Shown here: positions 37,663 to 47,856 of the stretch, piece by piece
Position numbering within the stretch: position 1 is the stretch's first letter
How the letters are laid out: each line of letters opens with the position of its first letter
Source: Nitrospirota bacterium
GTDB lineage: Bacteria > Nitrospirota > UBA9217
Assembly: GCA_029858565.1 (NCBI GenBank)
Contig: JAOUEV010000002.1
Coordinates: forward strand, 119,873-183,872
Length of the DNA: 64,000 nt
Direction of reading: 5' to 3'
The notes under the pieces: model-generated
The model's database searches: none
What the model saw: the letters and a program-made list of their open reading frames with translations, nothing else
Told to the model about the DNA's origin: nothing
Position numbers and translations under genes: made by a program

Positions 37663-38624
37663 ATGAACATGGATGTGACAACCTGGATCCGTCGCAATCC
37701 AAAGAAGTCCCTGGTGATCTCGCTGGCGCTGTTTTTCATCGGTCTTGATTTTACCCTGGAAAAGATCTATTTTCCCGTGGACCTGAACACTCGATCCGCC
37801 CGGATCCACCATGTTTTTTACCATCACGGACTGAAGGAGAACTGCCACTCCGAAGGATGGTGGGGACACGTCTATTACATCATCGAGACGAACTCCCTCG
37901 GCTTCAAGGACCGCAGGGTCCGTGATGTTCCGCTGCGAACAGCGGGACGGCGGATCGTGTTCATGGGGGACTCCTTTACGGAAGGCCTTGGCATACCTGA
38001 GGACAAGACCTTTGTCGGGCTTGTGGAGGACCTGTTCGGAGGCAGGGGATATGACATCCTGAACGCCGGTGTGGTTTCCTCCTCTCCGATCGTGTATTAC
38101 AACAAGACGAAGTACTATGTGGAAAAGAAAGGATTGCAGATCAACGACCTGTTCGTTTTCCTCGACATTTCCGATGTGCATGACGAATATATTTACCAGG
38201 AGAAGGAACACTTCGTTTCTCGTGAGGAAGAGGGGTTGTCCGAAAGGGTTATCGATGCCGTGGACCAATTCCTGGTCGACAATTCCTTACTCTCACCATC
38301 GCGGTTTATCCCTGGACCAATCTGGTGGATCGGCGGGACCAGGAATCCATCCAGGTGACATTCTGGAGGGATTTCGCGAAGCGTAATAACATCGGATTTC
38401 TCAATTATTTCCCCTTGTTCATAAATAACACTCCCGCGCAGGTCATTAACGACCGGTATTGCATTAAGAACGACATTCACTGGAACGAGGCAGGCCATGC
38501 CTTGATCGCGGGCCAGCTTATCGACTTGATCCGGAACCGGGAGGGCGGGAACCGAAAATTACGTGCTGAGTATTTCCCACCCCGGGGATGGGGCTGGCAA
38601 AGAAAAGTTTCCTCCGGTAGATGA
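37663..38624 (+). pseudogene. SGNH hydrolase, frameshifted (probable internal deletion) near 38290
   Basis: Frame 1 carries NSLGFKD and GDSFTEG; from 38292 another frame reads LTIAVYPW...NDIHWNEAGH (catalytic DxH block). Confidence 0.75.
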
Positions 38625-38780
38625 TCTCCGATTTCACAATCCCTTCCGGTAGTGCGGCATTGGTGAGGCGCAAAAGATCCGCCTGCAAACCCAGCGAAAT
38701 CCCAAACAGGAGAAAACCATATTGACATACCTGTCATGTTATGGGAATATGCATAACAAATTGAATTTATAGGAATTTCA

Positions 38781-39851
38781 ATGTCTGATGAGTTTCGCAT
38801 CGACAGCCATAAGCTTATCTTCCATCCGCGGCGGGTGGCGGAATGGTTGGCTGGCGATCAGATATATCCTCTGTACGCCGAGATATCCCCTTCCGGTGCC
38901 TGCAATCATCGTTGTACCTTCTGCGCTCTCGATTACATGGAATATAAGCCACGGTTCCTTGATACGGCCGTTCTGAAGGACCGCCTCACGGAAATGGGCC
39001 GTCTGGGGCTTAAAAGCGTCATGTATGGAGGAGAAGGAGAGCCCTTTCTGCACAAGGACATTGGTGAGATCATCGTTCATACGAAACGATCGGGTATCGA
39101 TGTCGGGATAACCACGAACGGCGTGCTGCTGACCGAGAAGCTCTCGACCCGTATCCTTGGCAGCACGGCCTGGATCAAGGTCAGCCTGAACGCAGGATGC
39201 GCGGAAACCTACGCCAAGGTCCACCGGACCAAGCCTGATGATTTCGACCGGGTCTTCGAGAACCTCAAGATGGCCCTCAAGATCAAGCAGGAGTCCGGCG
39301 CCGGCTGCACCATCGGCGTGCAGACCCTGTTGCTTCCGGAGAATGCCCAGGAGGTCGAACAGCTTGCTGAGAAGGCAAAGGAGACCGGTCTCCGATACGT
39401 GGTCGTCAAACCCTATTCCCAGCATCATAAGAGCCGCACCCAGACCTATCGTGATGTGGACTATGCACAATTCCATCACCTCAGGGATAAGCTTGCCCGG
39501 TTCCAGAGCAAGGACTTCAGCGTTATCTTCCGCGAACAGACCATGAAAAAGATGAAGCGCACGATGCGGGGGTATGAACGCTGTCTGGCGCTGCCTTTTT
39601 GGTCCTATATCGATTCGGGCGGCAATGTATGGGGTTGCAGCGCCTATCTTGGCGATGACCGGTTCCGGTACGGGAACATTCACGAACAGACCTTTGAACA
39701 GATCTGGACCGGGCCGCTTCGCAAGGCGAACCTGAGCATGGTGGCCGAACAGCTCGATCCCGAAGCGTGTCGCATGAACTGCCGGATGGATGAGATCAAT
39801 CTCTACCTCTGGGAACTTACCCATCCGAAGGACCATGTGAATTTCATATAA
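38781..39851 (+). CDS. Radical SAM protein with SPASM/twitch domain
   Basis: CNHRCTFC, GEGEP, TTNG, C-terminal C...G.V.GC...GNI...FEQIW...C..NC. Confidence 0.9.
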   Translation: MSDEFRIDSHKLIFHPRRVAEWLAGDQIYPLYAEISPSGACNHRCTFCALDYMEYKPRFLDTAVLKDRLTEMGRLGLKSVMYGGEGEPFLHKDIGEIIVHTKRSGIDVGITTNGVLLTEKLSTRILGSTAWIKVSLNAGCAETYAKVHRTKPDDFDRVFENLKMALKIKQESGAGCTIGVQTLLLPENAQEVEQLAEKAKETGLRYVVVKPYSQHHKSRTQTYRDVDYAQFHHLRDKLARFQSKDFSVIFREQTMKKMKRTMRGYERCLALPFWSYIDSGGNVWGCSAYLGDDRFRYGNIHEQTFEQIWTGPLRKANLSMVAEQLDPEACRMNCRMDEINLYLWELTHPKDHVNFI

Positions 39852-39852
39852 A

Positions 39853-39880
39853 CAGTAGCCAGTAGCATGTAGCCAGTAGC
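39853..39880. repeat. Short heptamer tandem repeat (CAGTAGC)x4
   Basis: CAGTAGC CAGTAGC ATGTAGC CAGTAGC; same unit seen at 59089-59152. Confidence 0.6.
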
Positions 39881-39893
39881 CGGGAACATATCC

Positions 39894-40868
39894 ATGCGAA
39901 AAGAAATATCAAAGGATATATTGCAAAAGCTCTTCACCACCATGCTTACCATCCGCACGGTGGAGGAGCGGGTGGCCGAGCTCTATTCCGAACAGGAAAT
40001 GAAATGTCCGGTCCACCTCTGCACAGGGCAGGAAGCGATCGCCGCGGGTGTCTGTTCCCATCTTGCGAAGGATGATACGATCTTCAGCACCCACCGGTCC
40101 CATGGACACTGCATCGCTAAAGGGATGGACCTGAAACCGCTCGTGGCCGAGCTCTACGGCAGGACAACGGGCTGCGCACGGGGCAAGGGCGGTTCCATGC
40201 ACCTGGTCGCCCCGGAGCTTGGCATCCCCGGCACCACGGCAATCGTGGGCGGATGCATTCCCCTTGCTGTTGGAGCGGCATTGTCCTCAGTGCTTCAGGG
40301 AAAGAGGGGGCAGGTGTCAGTGGCGTTCTTCGGCGACGGTGCTGTTGACGAAGGGACCTTCTACGAAAGCATGAACTTCGCGTCCCTCAAGGGCCTGCCC
40401 GTGGTCTTTGTGTGCGAGAACAATAATTACGCCACCAACTCTCCCCAGTCAGCGCGCCAACCGGCAGTGCCGATCGTTGACCGGGCGCCGGCGTACGGCA
40501 TTCCCGGTGTTGCTGCAGACGGGAACGATGTCCTGGCTGTCCATCGCGCGGCAGGAGAGGCCATTGAACGGGCGCGGAACGGAGCCGGTCCAACTCTTCT
40601 GGAATTCCGGACCTATCGCTGGAAAGGCCATGTGGGGCCGACGTCGGACATCGAATCCGGATGCCGGCCCGCTGATGAACATGAGGAATGGCTCAGAAGA
40701 TGCCCCCTTGACCGGTTCAAAGCCTATTTGCGGGAGAAGGACCTCCTGTCCCAGCATGATATGAACCACGTTACTGTCGAAGTGGAGCGGTTGGTGAACG
40801 ATGCGATCGAGTTCGGGAAGAAGGGACCATTCCCCGACGCGGCGGAGCTGTACGATCACGTGTGGTAA
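39894..40868 (+). CDS. ThDP-dependent dehydrogenase E1 alpha subunit
   Basis: HLCTGQEA, HRSHGH, GKGGSMH, GDGA...ENN ThDP motif, TYRWKGH. Confidence 0.92.
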   Translation: MRKEISKDILQKLFTTMLTIRTVEERVAELYSEQEMKCPVHLCTGQEAIAAGVCSHLAKDDTIFSTHRSHGHCIAKGMDLKPLVAELYGRTTGCARGKGGSMHLVAPELGIPGTTAIVGGCIPLAVGAALSSVLQGKRGQVSVAFFGDGAVDEGTFYESMNFASLKGLPVVFVCENNNYATNSPQSARQPAVPIVDRAPAYGIPGVAADGNDVLAVHRAAGEAIERARNGAGPTLLEFRTYRWKGHVGPTSDIESGCRPADEHEEWLRRCPLDRFKAYLREKDLLSQHDMNHVTVEVERLVNDAIEFGKKGPFPDAAELYDHVW

Positions 40869-40876
40869 CAAAAACT

Positions 40877-41926
40877 ATGCCCTGGACAAAAATACAAGCA
40901 GATGAGGCCGGCCGGCCGGGGATCTTCGGAGCTTCCGCGGGAACAGCCCGGGAACTGTCTTATCGCGACGCGATCAAGGAGGCGCTTGCACAGGCCCTGG
41001 AGCGCGACAAGCGCGTGTTCCTGATCGGCGAAGGCATTGACGATCCCGGCGGCGTGTTCGGCACCACGGTCGGCCTGAAGGAAAAATTCGGCAGGGACCG
41101 TGTCATGGACATGCCGATCGCTGAGAACGGCCTGACCGGCGTGGTGAACGGGGCCGCCATGACGGGCATGCATCCCGTGATGATCCATATGCGGGTCGAT
41201 TTCCTGCCCATGGCCATGGACCAGATGGTGAACCACGCGGCAAAGTGGAGCTACATGACCGCGGGCCGGGTGAAGGTGCCGGTCACGTTTCGGGCCATCG
41301 TGGGCAGGGGCTGGGGTTCCGCTGCTCAGCATTCCCAGAGCCTCCAGTCGCTCTTTGCGCATATTCCGGGGATCCAGGTGCTGATGCCAGCTTCTCCCTA
41401 CGATGCCAAGGGCATGCTGCTTTCCTCGATCGCCGGCGACCGGCCAACGCTGATCATCGAGCATCGTTGGCTCTACGACCAGACAGAGGCAGTGCCTGAA
41501 GACCCCTATTTTGTCCCGTCCGGAAAGGCGCTCGTGCGAAGACCGGGCAAAGACATCACGATCGTTGCTACATCCTATATGGTCTACGAGGCCATGCGAG
41601 CCGCAGCGGAACTGGAAAAAGCGGATATAAGCGCCGAAGTGATCGATCTCCGGTCGATCCAGCCGCTTGACGGGAACGCGATCATTGATTCGGTGAAGAA
41701 GACCGGCAGACTCATAGCCGCGGACATGGGATGGAAGCTCTGCGGCGTTTCCGCAGAGGTCGCCGCGATCGCGGCTGAGCACGCACACGATAAGCTCAAG
41801 GCGCCGGTGCGGCGCATTACCCTGCCGGCGACGCCGACGCCTGCGAGCAATGTGCTCGAAAAGGCCTATTATCCGACGTTCGAGGATATTGTGAGAACGG
41901 CAAAGGAAATGATTGGCAACGTATGA
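40877..41926 (+). CDS. ThDP-dependent dehydrogenase E1 beta subunit
   Basis: GE.I...GGVF, DMPIAE, DQMVNHAAK, AQHSQ, EVIDLRSI.PLD. Confidence 0.92.
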   Translation: MPWTKIQADEAGRPGIFGASAGTARELSYRDAIKEALAQALERDKRVFLIGEGIDDPGGVFGTTVGLKEKFGRDRVMDMPIAENGLTGVVNGAAMTGMHPVMIHMRVDFLPMAMDQMVNHAAKWSYMTAGRVKVPVTFRAIVGRGWGSAAQHSQSLQSLFAHIPGIQVLMPASPYDAKGMLLSSIAGDRPTLIIEHRWLYDQTEAVPEDPYFVPSGKALVRRPGKDITIVATSYMVYEAMRAAAELEKADISAEVIDLRSIQPLDGNAIIDSVKKTGRLIAADMGWKLCGVSAEVAAIAAEHAHDKLKAPVRRITLPATPTPASNVLEKAYYPTFEDIVRTAKEMIGNV

Positions 41927-42687
41927 ATACTTACCAGATCACCGCTGTCATGCCCTCTCTGAACGAGGAAAAGAATTTATCTTCGGCGGTCCAGAACGTG
42001 CTCGATTCCTACCAGCGCCTCGGCATCAAGGGCGAGGTCCTGATCGTGAACGACGGCAGCACCGACGGGACCGGCAGGCTCGCCGAGGAGTTCAAGCACA
42101 AGGATCCCTCGATCCAGGTCATCCACCACGCTGCGCCGCAGGGCATCGGCGGATCCTTCTGGGACGGGGTCAAGGCTGCACGCGGCGAAGTGGTGGTCAT
42201 GATACCCGGGGACGGGGAGAACGACGCAGCAGAGATCCTGCGCTATCTGCCGCTCATGGAGCAGGTGGATATGGTAGTCCCGTATGTGTTCAATCGCCAG
42301 GTGCGGTCCTGGTTCCGCAGAAAGCTTTCGAACCTCTACCGGGGGATCATCAACATCACCTTCGGAACCACGCTCAATTACATGAACGGCACTGTGCTGT
42401 ACCGGAAATGCATTCTCGACGACATCGAGCTCAAGGCGCGCGGATTCTTCTATCAGACGGAACTTCTGATCAAGTGCATCCGCAGGGGATATCTCTATGC
42501 CGAGGTTCCTTATGCGCTGCTGCAGCGGGCCGCGGGAAGGTCGAAGGCCACGAGCCTGAGGTCACTTAAGAACGTGATGCAGGCCTATCTCACCCTGCTG
42601 CTGGAGATACATATTGCACGTCCAAGCCACACTGCTCCTGCTGTTGATTCGCGGACCGCGGCCCGGTGGAAAGGCCTGCAAGCCTAG
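41923..42687 (+). CDS. GT2 glycosyltransferase, polyprenyl-phosphate sugar synthase-like
   Basis: MPSLNEE, VNDGSTDGT, GIGG, GDGE, ELL, EVP, R..G.SK. Confidence 0.85.
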   Translation: MNTYQITAVMPSLNEEKNLSSAVQNVLDSYQRLGIKGEVLIVNDGSTDGTGRLAEEFKHKDPSIQVIHHAAPQGIGGSFWDGVKAARGEVVVMIPGDGENDAAEILRYLPLMEQVDMVVPYVFNRQVRSWFRRKLSNLYRGIINITFGTTLNYMNGTVLYRKCILDDIELKARGFFYQTELLIKCIRRGYLYAEVPYALLQRAAGRSKATSLRSLKNVMQAYLTLLLEIHIARPSHTAPAVDSRTAARWKGLQA

Positions 42688-42699
42688 AACCGTGAGATT

Positions 42700-43818
42700 A
42701 TGAGCGATAGAACCACTGACAAGATCATCCTCGACGGCCACAAGATCGAATGGCACCGGGACCGGGTAGAGGCCTGGCTCCGGGGCGAACGCATCGCGCC
42801 GATCACGATCGACTGTGCGCTAACCCGGGCCTGCACCTACCGGTGCGTCTATTGCTATGGCCAGCTCCAGGCGAACGACGAGAAACAAATGACCAGGGAC
42901 GTCATCTTTCGGTTCCTCGACGACGCGGCCGAGATCGGCGTGAAGGCCGTCAGCTTTGTTTCGGACGGGGAGAGCACCTGTTCGCCCCATCTTTACGACG
43001 CCATCCTGCGGGGGAAGCACAACGGCCTGGATATGGCGCTCGGCACGAACGGTTACCTCTTGAAGGACGAGCGGCTTGAAGAGATCCTTCCTGCCCTGAC
43101 CTACCTCCGGTTCAATATCTCCGCGGCGGACCCTAAGCGGTACGCTGAGATCCACGGTTGTACGGTCAAGGAATATGAAAAGGTCATCGGCACCATCAGG
43201 AAAGCCGTGGCGATCAAGAAGGCGAAGAACCTTGAGGTGACCCTCGGTCTCCAGATGGTACTGCTGCCGCAGTTCCAGGACCAGATCATCCCGCTGGCGA
43301 GGCTCGGGAAAGACCTCGGTGTGGACTACCTGGTGATCAAACACTGCAGCGACGATGAGCAGGGCAGCCTGGGCGTGGACTATTCCCGCTACGAGGTCAT
43401 GGTGGACATCCTGAAGGAGGCTGAGGAACTGTCCTCGCCGGATTATCTCGTGCGCGCCAAATGGTCCAAGATCCTGTCCGGCGGGAAACGGTGCTATTCC
43501 CGATGCTATGGTCCGCCGTTCATCATGCAGTTCTCCGGTTCGGGACTTGTGGCGCCCTGCGGCATGCTGTTCAACAGCAAGTACAAGAAATACCATATCG
43601 GGAACATTGCTGAAAAGTCGTTCAAGGAGATCTGGAAGAGCGACCGGTATTGGGAAGTGATCGACCTGATCGCATCGGAGCAGTTCGATGCCCGGACCAT
43701 GTGCGGTTCCCTTTGTCTCCAGCACAAGGTGAACGAGTACCTCTGGGAGCTGAAGCTCGGGAAGATCAAGCTTCGGACGCCGGGCGGCGCTCCGCCGATG
43801 CACGGGAATTTCATCTGA
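42700..43818 (+). CDS. Radical SAM protein with SPASM/twitch domain, paralog of 38781-39851
   Basis: CTYRCVYC; shared N-terminus (DGHK..WH..RV..WL.G..I.P) and C-terminus (N.YLWEL...H.NFI). Confidence 0.9.
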   Translation: MSDRTTDKIILDGHKIEWHRDRVEAWLRGERIAPITIDCALTRACTYRCVYCYGQLQANDEKQMTRDVIFRFLDDAAEIGVKAVSFVSDGESTCSPHLYDAILRGKHNGLDMALGTNGYLLKDERLEEILPALTYLRFNISAADPKRYAEIHGCTVKEYEKVIGTIRKAVAIKKAKNLEVTLGLQMVLLPQFQDQIIPLARLGKDLGVDYLVIKHCSDDEQGSLGVDYSRYEVMVDILKEAEELSSPDYLVRAKWSKILSGGKRCYSRCYGPPFIMQFSGSGLVAPCGMLFNSKYKKYHIGNIAEKSFKEIWKSDRYWEVIDLIASEQFDARTMCGSLCLQHKVNEYLWELKLGKIKLRTPGGAPPMHGNFI

Positions 43819-43852
43819 GGGGGCCGGGGATGCTGCGCAAGGCGAAAGAGAC

Positions 43853-45184
43853 ATGAAACTCCTGCTGATCTGCCCGCCCTTCAGTGAACACAGCCAGAAG
43901 GACAAGGGAATGCCGATCGCTCCGCCGGTGCTCGAGTATCTGGCGGGGCTCACCCGGCGGCTGCGGCCGGACATCGAGATCGCGCTTCTCGATGCAAAGC
44001 ATGAGCACTTCGACGCCGGGCTGATCGACGCGGACCTTGTCGGTATCTCGGTCATGACGGCCCAGGCCACATGGGCCTACCGCGCCGCGGACGCGCTCCG
44101 GGAACGCGGTATCCGGGTGGTGCTGGGCGGCATCCATCCGACTGCCATGCCGGAGGAGGCATCGGCCCATGCCGATGCCCTGGTGCTGGGCGAGTGCGAG
44201 AATGTCTGGGCCGAGGTGCTGCGGGATGCGGAGCAGGGAAGGCTCGGACCCCGCTACCAGGGAGGGCTGCCGGAGCTGAACGATCTCGCTCCGCCGGTCA
44301 CGGACCGCTGGAACCAGCGGTACATGTTCGGCTATTTCCAGACTGCCCGCGGGTGCCCGCACCGCTGTAGTTTCTGCTCGGTCCACAAGTTCTTCGGAAA
44401 CCGGATCAGGCTGCGCCCGATCGGCGAGGTGATCCGCGAGGTCGCCGCGAACGAACGGCGGCTCTTCTGGTGCATCGACGACAATGTCTGGGGCGTGAAC
44501 CCGAAGCGCTCGATCGAGCTGTTCCGGGAGATGAGCACCACGGTACGCGGGAAGTGGTGGTTCGGGTCCGGTGACCTCCGGACGGTGCAGCAGCCCGAGG
44601 GGGACCAACTGCTCAAGTACGCGCGGCGGGCCGGGCTCACGGCAGTGATGCTCGGCTGGGAGACCGAGAACATCGCCAGTCTCGAGGAATACCGCGCAAT
44701 GACCAAGCAGGGGAGCGACCGGCGGGACGCGCTCAGAAGGATCCGCGACCACGGCATCGATGTGATGCTCTTCATCGTCGTCGGCGGCAGGAATGACACG
44801 AAAAGGGATTTCGATGACATCCTGAAGCTCTGCGATGACCTGCAGGTCTCGGCCCATCCGGTGATGTTGACCCCGCTGCCCGACACGGAGCTGTTCAGGC
44901 AGTATGAGCCCTACCTCTACCCGGAGATGGACTGGGACCTCTACGACGGGAACCATGCGGTGTTCGATCATCCCACCATGGACCCGCTGGAGCGGGAAGC
45001 CGAGTTCATCAAGCTTCGAACGGCGATCTTCACCCCCGGGCGCATCCTGTCGCGCATCCGGAAGGTCTCGTGGAAAGGATTTCCCATGAGCCATTTCTCG
45101 TCGTTCATGCTCCAGTATCCGCAGGGCAGGGCGTTCAAGGACTATGCACGGACGTGGATGCAGAAGCATCCGGAGTACTCGTAA
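43853..45184 (+). CDS. Cobalamin-binding radical SAM enzyme
   Basis: LVGISVMT, VLGGIHPT..PEEA, ARGCPHRCSFC, IDDN, LTPLPDT. Confidence 0.9.
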   Translation: MKLLLICPPFSEHSQKDKGMPIAPPVLEYLAGLTRRLRPDIEIALLDAKHEHFDAGLIDADLVGISVMTAQATWAYRAADALRERGIRVVLGGIHPTAMPEEASAHADALVLGECENVWAEVLRDAEQGRLGPRYQGGLPELNDLAPPVTDRWNQRYMFGYFQTARGCPHRCSFCSVHKFFGNRIRLRPIGEVIREVAANERRLFWCIDDNVWGVNPKRSIELFREMSTTVRGKWWFGSGDLRTVQQPEGDQLLKYARRAGLTAVMLGWETENIASLEEYRAMTKQGSDRRDALRRIRDHGIDVMLFIVVGGRNDTKRDFDDILKLCDDLQVSAHPVMLTPLPDTELFRQYEPYLYPEMDWDLYDGNHAVFDHPTMDPLEREAEFIKLRTAIFTPGRILSRIRKVSWKGFPMSHFSSFMLQYPQGRAFKDYARTWMQKHPEYS

Positions 45185-45201
45185 GGAAGGGGAGCTGTTC
45201 A

Positions 45202-46986
45202 TTGAAGACGGATCGAATCCTCCGGCGCGTCAAGGAAACGAGCGGTTGGAGCCGCGCCGCGGTCGTCCTGATCGTCCTGCTTGCGCTGTTCCTCTCGGTG
45301 CGGGCGGCCGATGAGTATCACTGGAGCGACTGGGGCTTCGGCGACGCCCAGAGCCTGCTCTCGCTCCGGCAGTGGGAGGAGGGGGGCTGGTTCAAGAACT
45401 ACTTCCTCTTCAAACCCCAGGGATACGCCGAGGTCATCGACCTGCTCGATGAGCCGGAGCTGCGGCATCATGCCCACGGCACCTGTCCGGGCAGTTCGCC
45501 GAACGTCGGCCCCCGATTGTGGTACACGCACTACCCGGCGGGCTATCTGATACCCTATGCGCTGCTGTTCAGGCTGGGCCTGGACAGCATGTTCGCGGTG
45601 CGCCTGCTTTCGATCGCGTTCTCGGCCGGCGGGCTTGCGCTGATGTTCGTTCTCTTCTCCCGGATCACGAATCCGGCGATCTCCTTCCTGTCGGTGCTGT
45701 TCTATGGGCTGTCGTCGGCCTTCCTGGGATATGCCGACAGCCTCGCGAACCAGCCGGTCGACGATCTGCTCCGTTTCGGCTTCATGCTGGCGGTCGTCCT
45801 GTCGACACGGACGGCCACGGAAACGCTTCGGCAACGATGGCTCGTCGCGGCCTGGATCATGGAGTTCTGCCTTTCCCTGGTCTCCTTTGATTCGGTCTTC
45901 TTCCTCTACGTCTGGCTCATCGGCTGGGACTGGATCGACGGGAAAGGGTTCCGGTGGAAACGCTATCTCCTCTTTTCCCTGGCGCCTGTTTCCGCCCATG
46001 GCCTTCAGTTCCTGCAGAACGTATGGTATCTCGGGTTCAAGGATGCCGTGCTGGATATCAAGGACGCGTTCCTGCTGAAGCACGGTTCGGTCACTGGTTA
46101 CAACCAGGGCCAGGGGCGGCTGGCGGTCATCTTCACGTCCCTCTGGATCGTCCTCGAAAATATCTATCGTCCGCTGTGGCTCATCGCCCCGGTCCTTGCT
46201 CTCTATGCGGCATTCATCCTCTATTTCCGGCCGGGCAGCGAATTCCCGTCGCTGAGACTGCTGCTGGTCCTGTTCCTTTCAGGTCTTGCATTCATCTTCG
46301 TGCTTCCCCACGCCGCGCGCATGCCCTACGAGGCGCGCCAGATGCTGCCCTTCAGCTCGATGCTCATGGGTGGATTGACCTGGTCCTGCTTCCTGGTGGT
46401 CCTGAAGGCGGTCCGGCATGACGACTCCGGCGAGGGGCGCGCTGCCGCGTTCAACGTGCGCGTTGCCGCGCCCTACCTGCTGCTCTCCATGGTAGTGCTG
46501 CTGGTCGTGTGGTTCCGCCATGCGACCGTCGACCGTGCATCGGTGTATGAGCTGGGACCCCGGAAGGAGGAGATGCAGTTCGCGCAGCAGCTCACTTCGC
46601 TCCAGACGCGTTACGAGCCCGTCTATTTCGACAGCGGCGCCTTTTCGCTCTTCTGGGACCCCAACTATGTGCCCGGATATCCCCAGATCCTTCCCCTGAC
46701 GGAGTATTATGCGGGGAGCCGGCCGATCCTCTGCTTCCGTGACCCGGAAAAGATCGCCGATGATATCGAGGTCATGGTCCGCAGGACAGCGGCACAGTTC
46801 TCGCCGGTGCTCATCGCGCAGGACCCTGCGCAGCTCGAGAAGACCCTGAACGCCCTTGACCGGAAGGGGCTCCTGAAGGGGAGGCCCGCCAATTTCCTGG
46901 AAGCCATGGGCAGGGTCGCCATAGATCTCACTGATTTCATCCGATGGAGGGGCGATGAAGCCGATCCTCATACCAGAAAGCCATAA
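45202..46986 (+). CDS. Polytopic membrane protein, GT-C-like
   Basis: DWGFGD loop after TM1, YTHYP.G, many TMs, periplasmic C-terminal domain; TTG start after AAGGGGAG. Confidence 0.55.
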   Translation: MKTDRILRRVKETSGWSRAAVVLIVLLALFLSVRAADEYHWSDWGFGDAQSLLSLRQWEEGGWFKNYFLFKPQGYAEVIDLLDEPELRHHAHGTCPGSSPNVGPRLWYTHYPAGYLIPYALLFRLGLDSMFAVRLLSIAFSAGGLALMFVLFSRITNPAISFLSVLFYGLSSAFLGYADSLANQPVDDLLRFGFMLAVVLSTRTATETLRQRWLVAAWIMEFCLSLVSFDSVFFLYVWLIGWDWIDGKGFRWKRYLLFSLAPVSAHGLQFLQNVWYLGFKDAVLDIKDAFLLKHGSVTGYNQGQGRLAVIFTSLWIVLENIYRPLWLIAPVLALYAAFILYFRPGSEFPSLRLLLVLFLSGLAFIFVLPHAARMPYEARQMLPFSSMLMGGLTWSCFLVVLKAVRHDDSGEGRAAAFNVRVAAPYLLLSMVVLLVVWFRHATVDRASVYELGPRKEEMQFAQQLTSLQTRYEPVYFDSGAFSLFWDPNYVPGYPQILPLTEYYAGSRPILCFRDPEKIADDIEVMVRRTAAQFSPVLIAQDPAQLEKTLNALDRKGLLKGRPANFLEAMGRVAIDLTDFIRWRGDEADPHTRKP

Positions 46987-47815
46987 CTACATTGCGGCGT
47001 TCCTGACGCTTGCCTGCAACCTCCGGTGCAGCTACTGCATCAATAAGTTCGAGACCGGCCACCTGGAAAAGAACCGGCTGACTGGCAAGCAGTGGGTCGA
47101 GGGCCTGAACCGAATCCATTCACGCGAGGATCTTCCCATCACGCTGCAGGGCGGAGAACCGAGCCTGCATCCGGATTTTTACTACATTGTGAACAATGTC
47201 GAGCGGAGACTGAACATCGATCTGCTGACGAATCTTCAGTTCGATGCCGACAAGTTCATGAAGAACGTGGACCCCGGACGGATCAAGCGGGATGCGCCGT
47301 ACGCGTCCATCCGTGTCAGCTATCATCCGCAGACCATGAAGCTGGAACCGCTGGTCGAAAAGGTGCTGAAGCTCCAGAACGCGGGGTACAGCATCGGCAT
47401 CTGGGGTGTGCTTCATCCCTCCCAGGAGAAGGAAATCCTCGCAGCGCAGGAGTTTGCGAAAGGCAAGGGAATAGACTTTAGGACCAAGGAGTTCCTGGGC
47501 GTACATGATGGGGTGATGCACGGGACCATGAAGTATGAAGGGGCCTGCGACCGGAAATTCGAAAAGAAGGTCCTGTGTCGAACCACAGAGCTGATCGTGG
47601 GACCAAACGGCGGGATCTATCGCTGCCACAGCGATCTCTATGAACAGCGGCAGCCTATCAGCAGTATTCTTGATCCGGCCTACCAGATCGATGACACCTT
47701 CCGGCCCTGCGACGTCTACGGCCACTGCAATCCCTGCGACATCAAGGTGAAGACCAACCGGTTCCAGGTCTTTGGCCATACGTCGGTGGAGATTACGTTC
47801 GACGAGCGTTCCTAG
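46955..47815 (+). CDS. Radical SAM protein with Cys-rich C-terminal domain
   Basis: CNLRCSYC, GGEPSLH, TN, G.IYRC, C...G.C.PCD. Confidence 0.88.
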   Translation: MKPILIPESHNYIAAFLTLACNLRCSYCINKFETGHLEKNRLTGKQWVEGLNRIHSREDLPITLQGGEPSLHPDFYYIVNNVERRLNIDLLTNLQFDADKFMKNVDPGRIKRDAPYASIRVSYHPQTMKLEPLVEKVLKLQNAGYSIGIWGVLHPSQEKEILAAQEFAKGKGIDFRTKEFLGVHDGVMHGTMKYEGACDRKFEKKVLCRTTELIVGPNGGIYRCHSDLYEQRQPISSILDPAYQIDDTFRPCDVYGHCNPCDIKVKTNRFQVFGHTSVEITFDERS

Positions 47816-47856
47816 GAGCGGCATGAGCTCACCTGCTCAGCGCATGCCGCGGTCTC

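Noticed and set aside
38722-38750. TTGACA with TGACA-N4-TGTCA palindrome upstream of 38781
   Set aside because: The matching -10 is poor and a 5-bp palindrome is too short to call a site
39894-41926. Central-metabolism pyruvate dehydrogenase pdhAB
   Set aside because: No E2/E3 nearby and the genes are embedded in a sugar-modification operon; symbol withheld
38781-47815. RiPP cluster based on the SPASM-domain enzymes
   Set aside because: No precursor peptide, PqqD/RRE domain, peptidase or exporter seen; neighbours are glycosyltransferases
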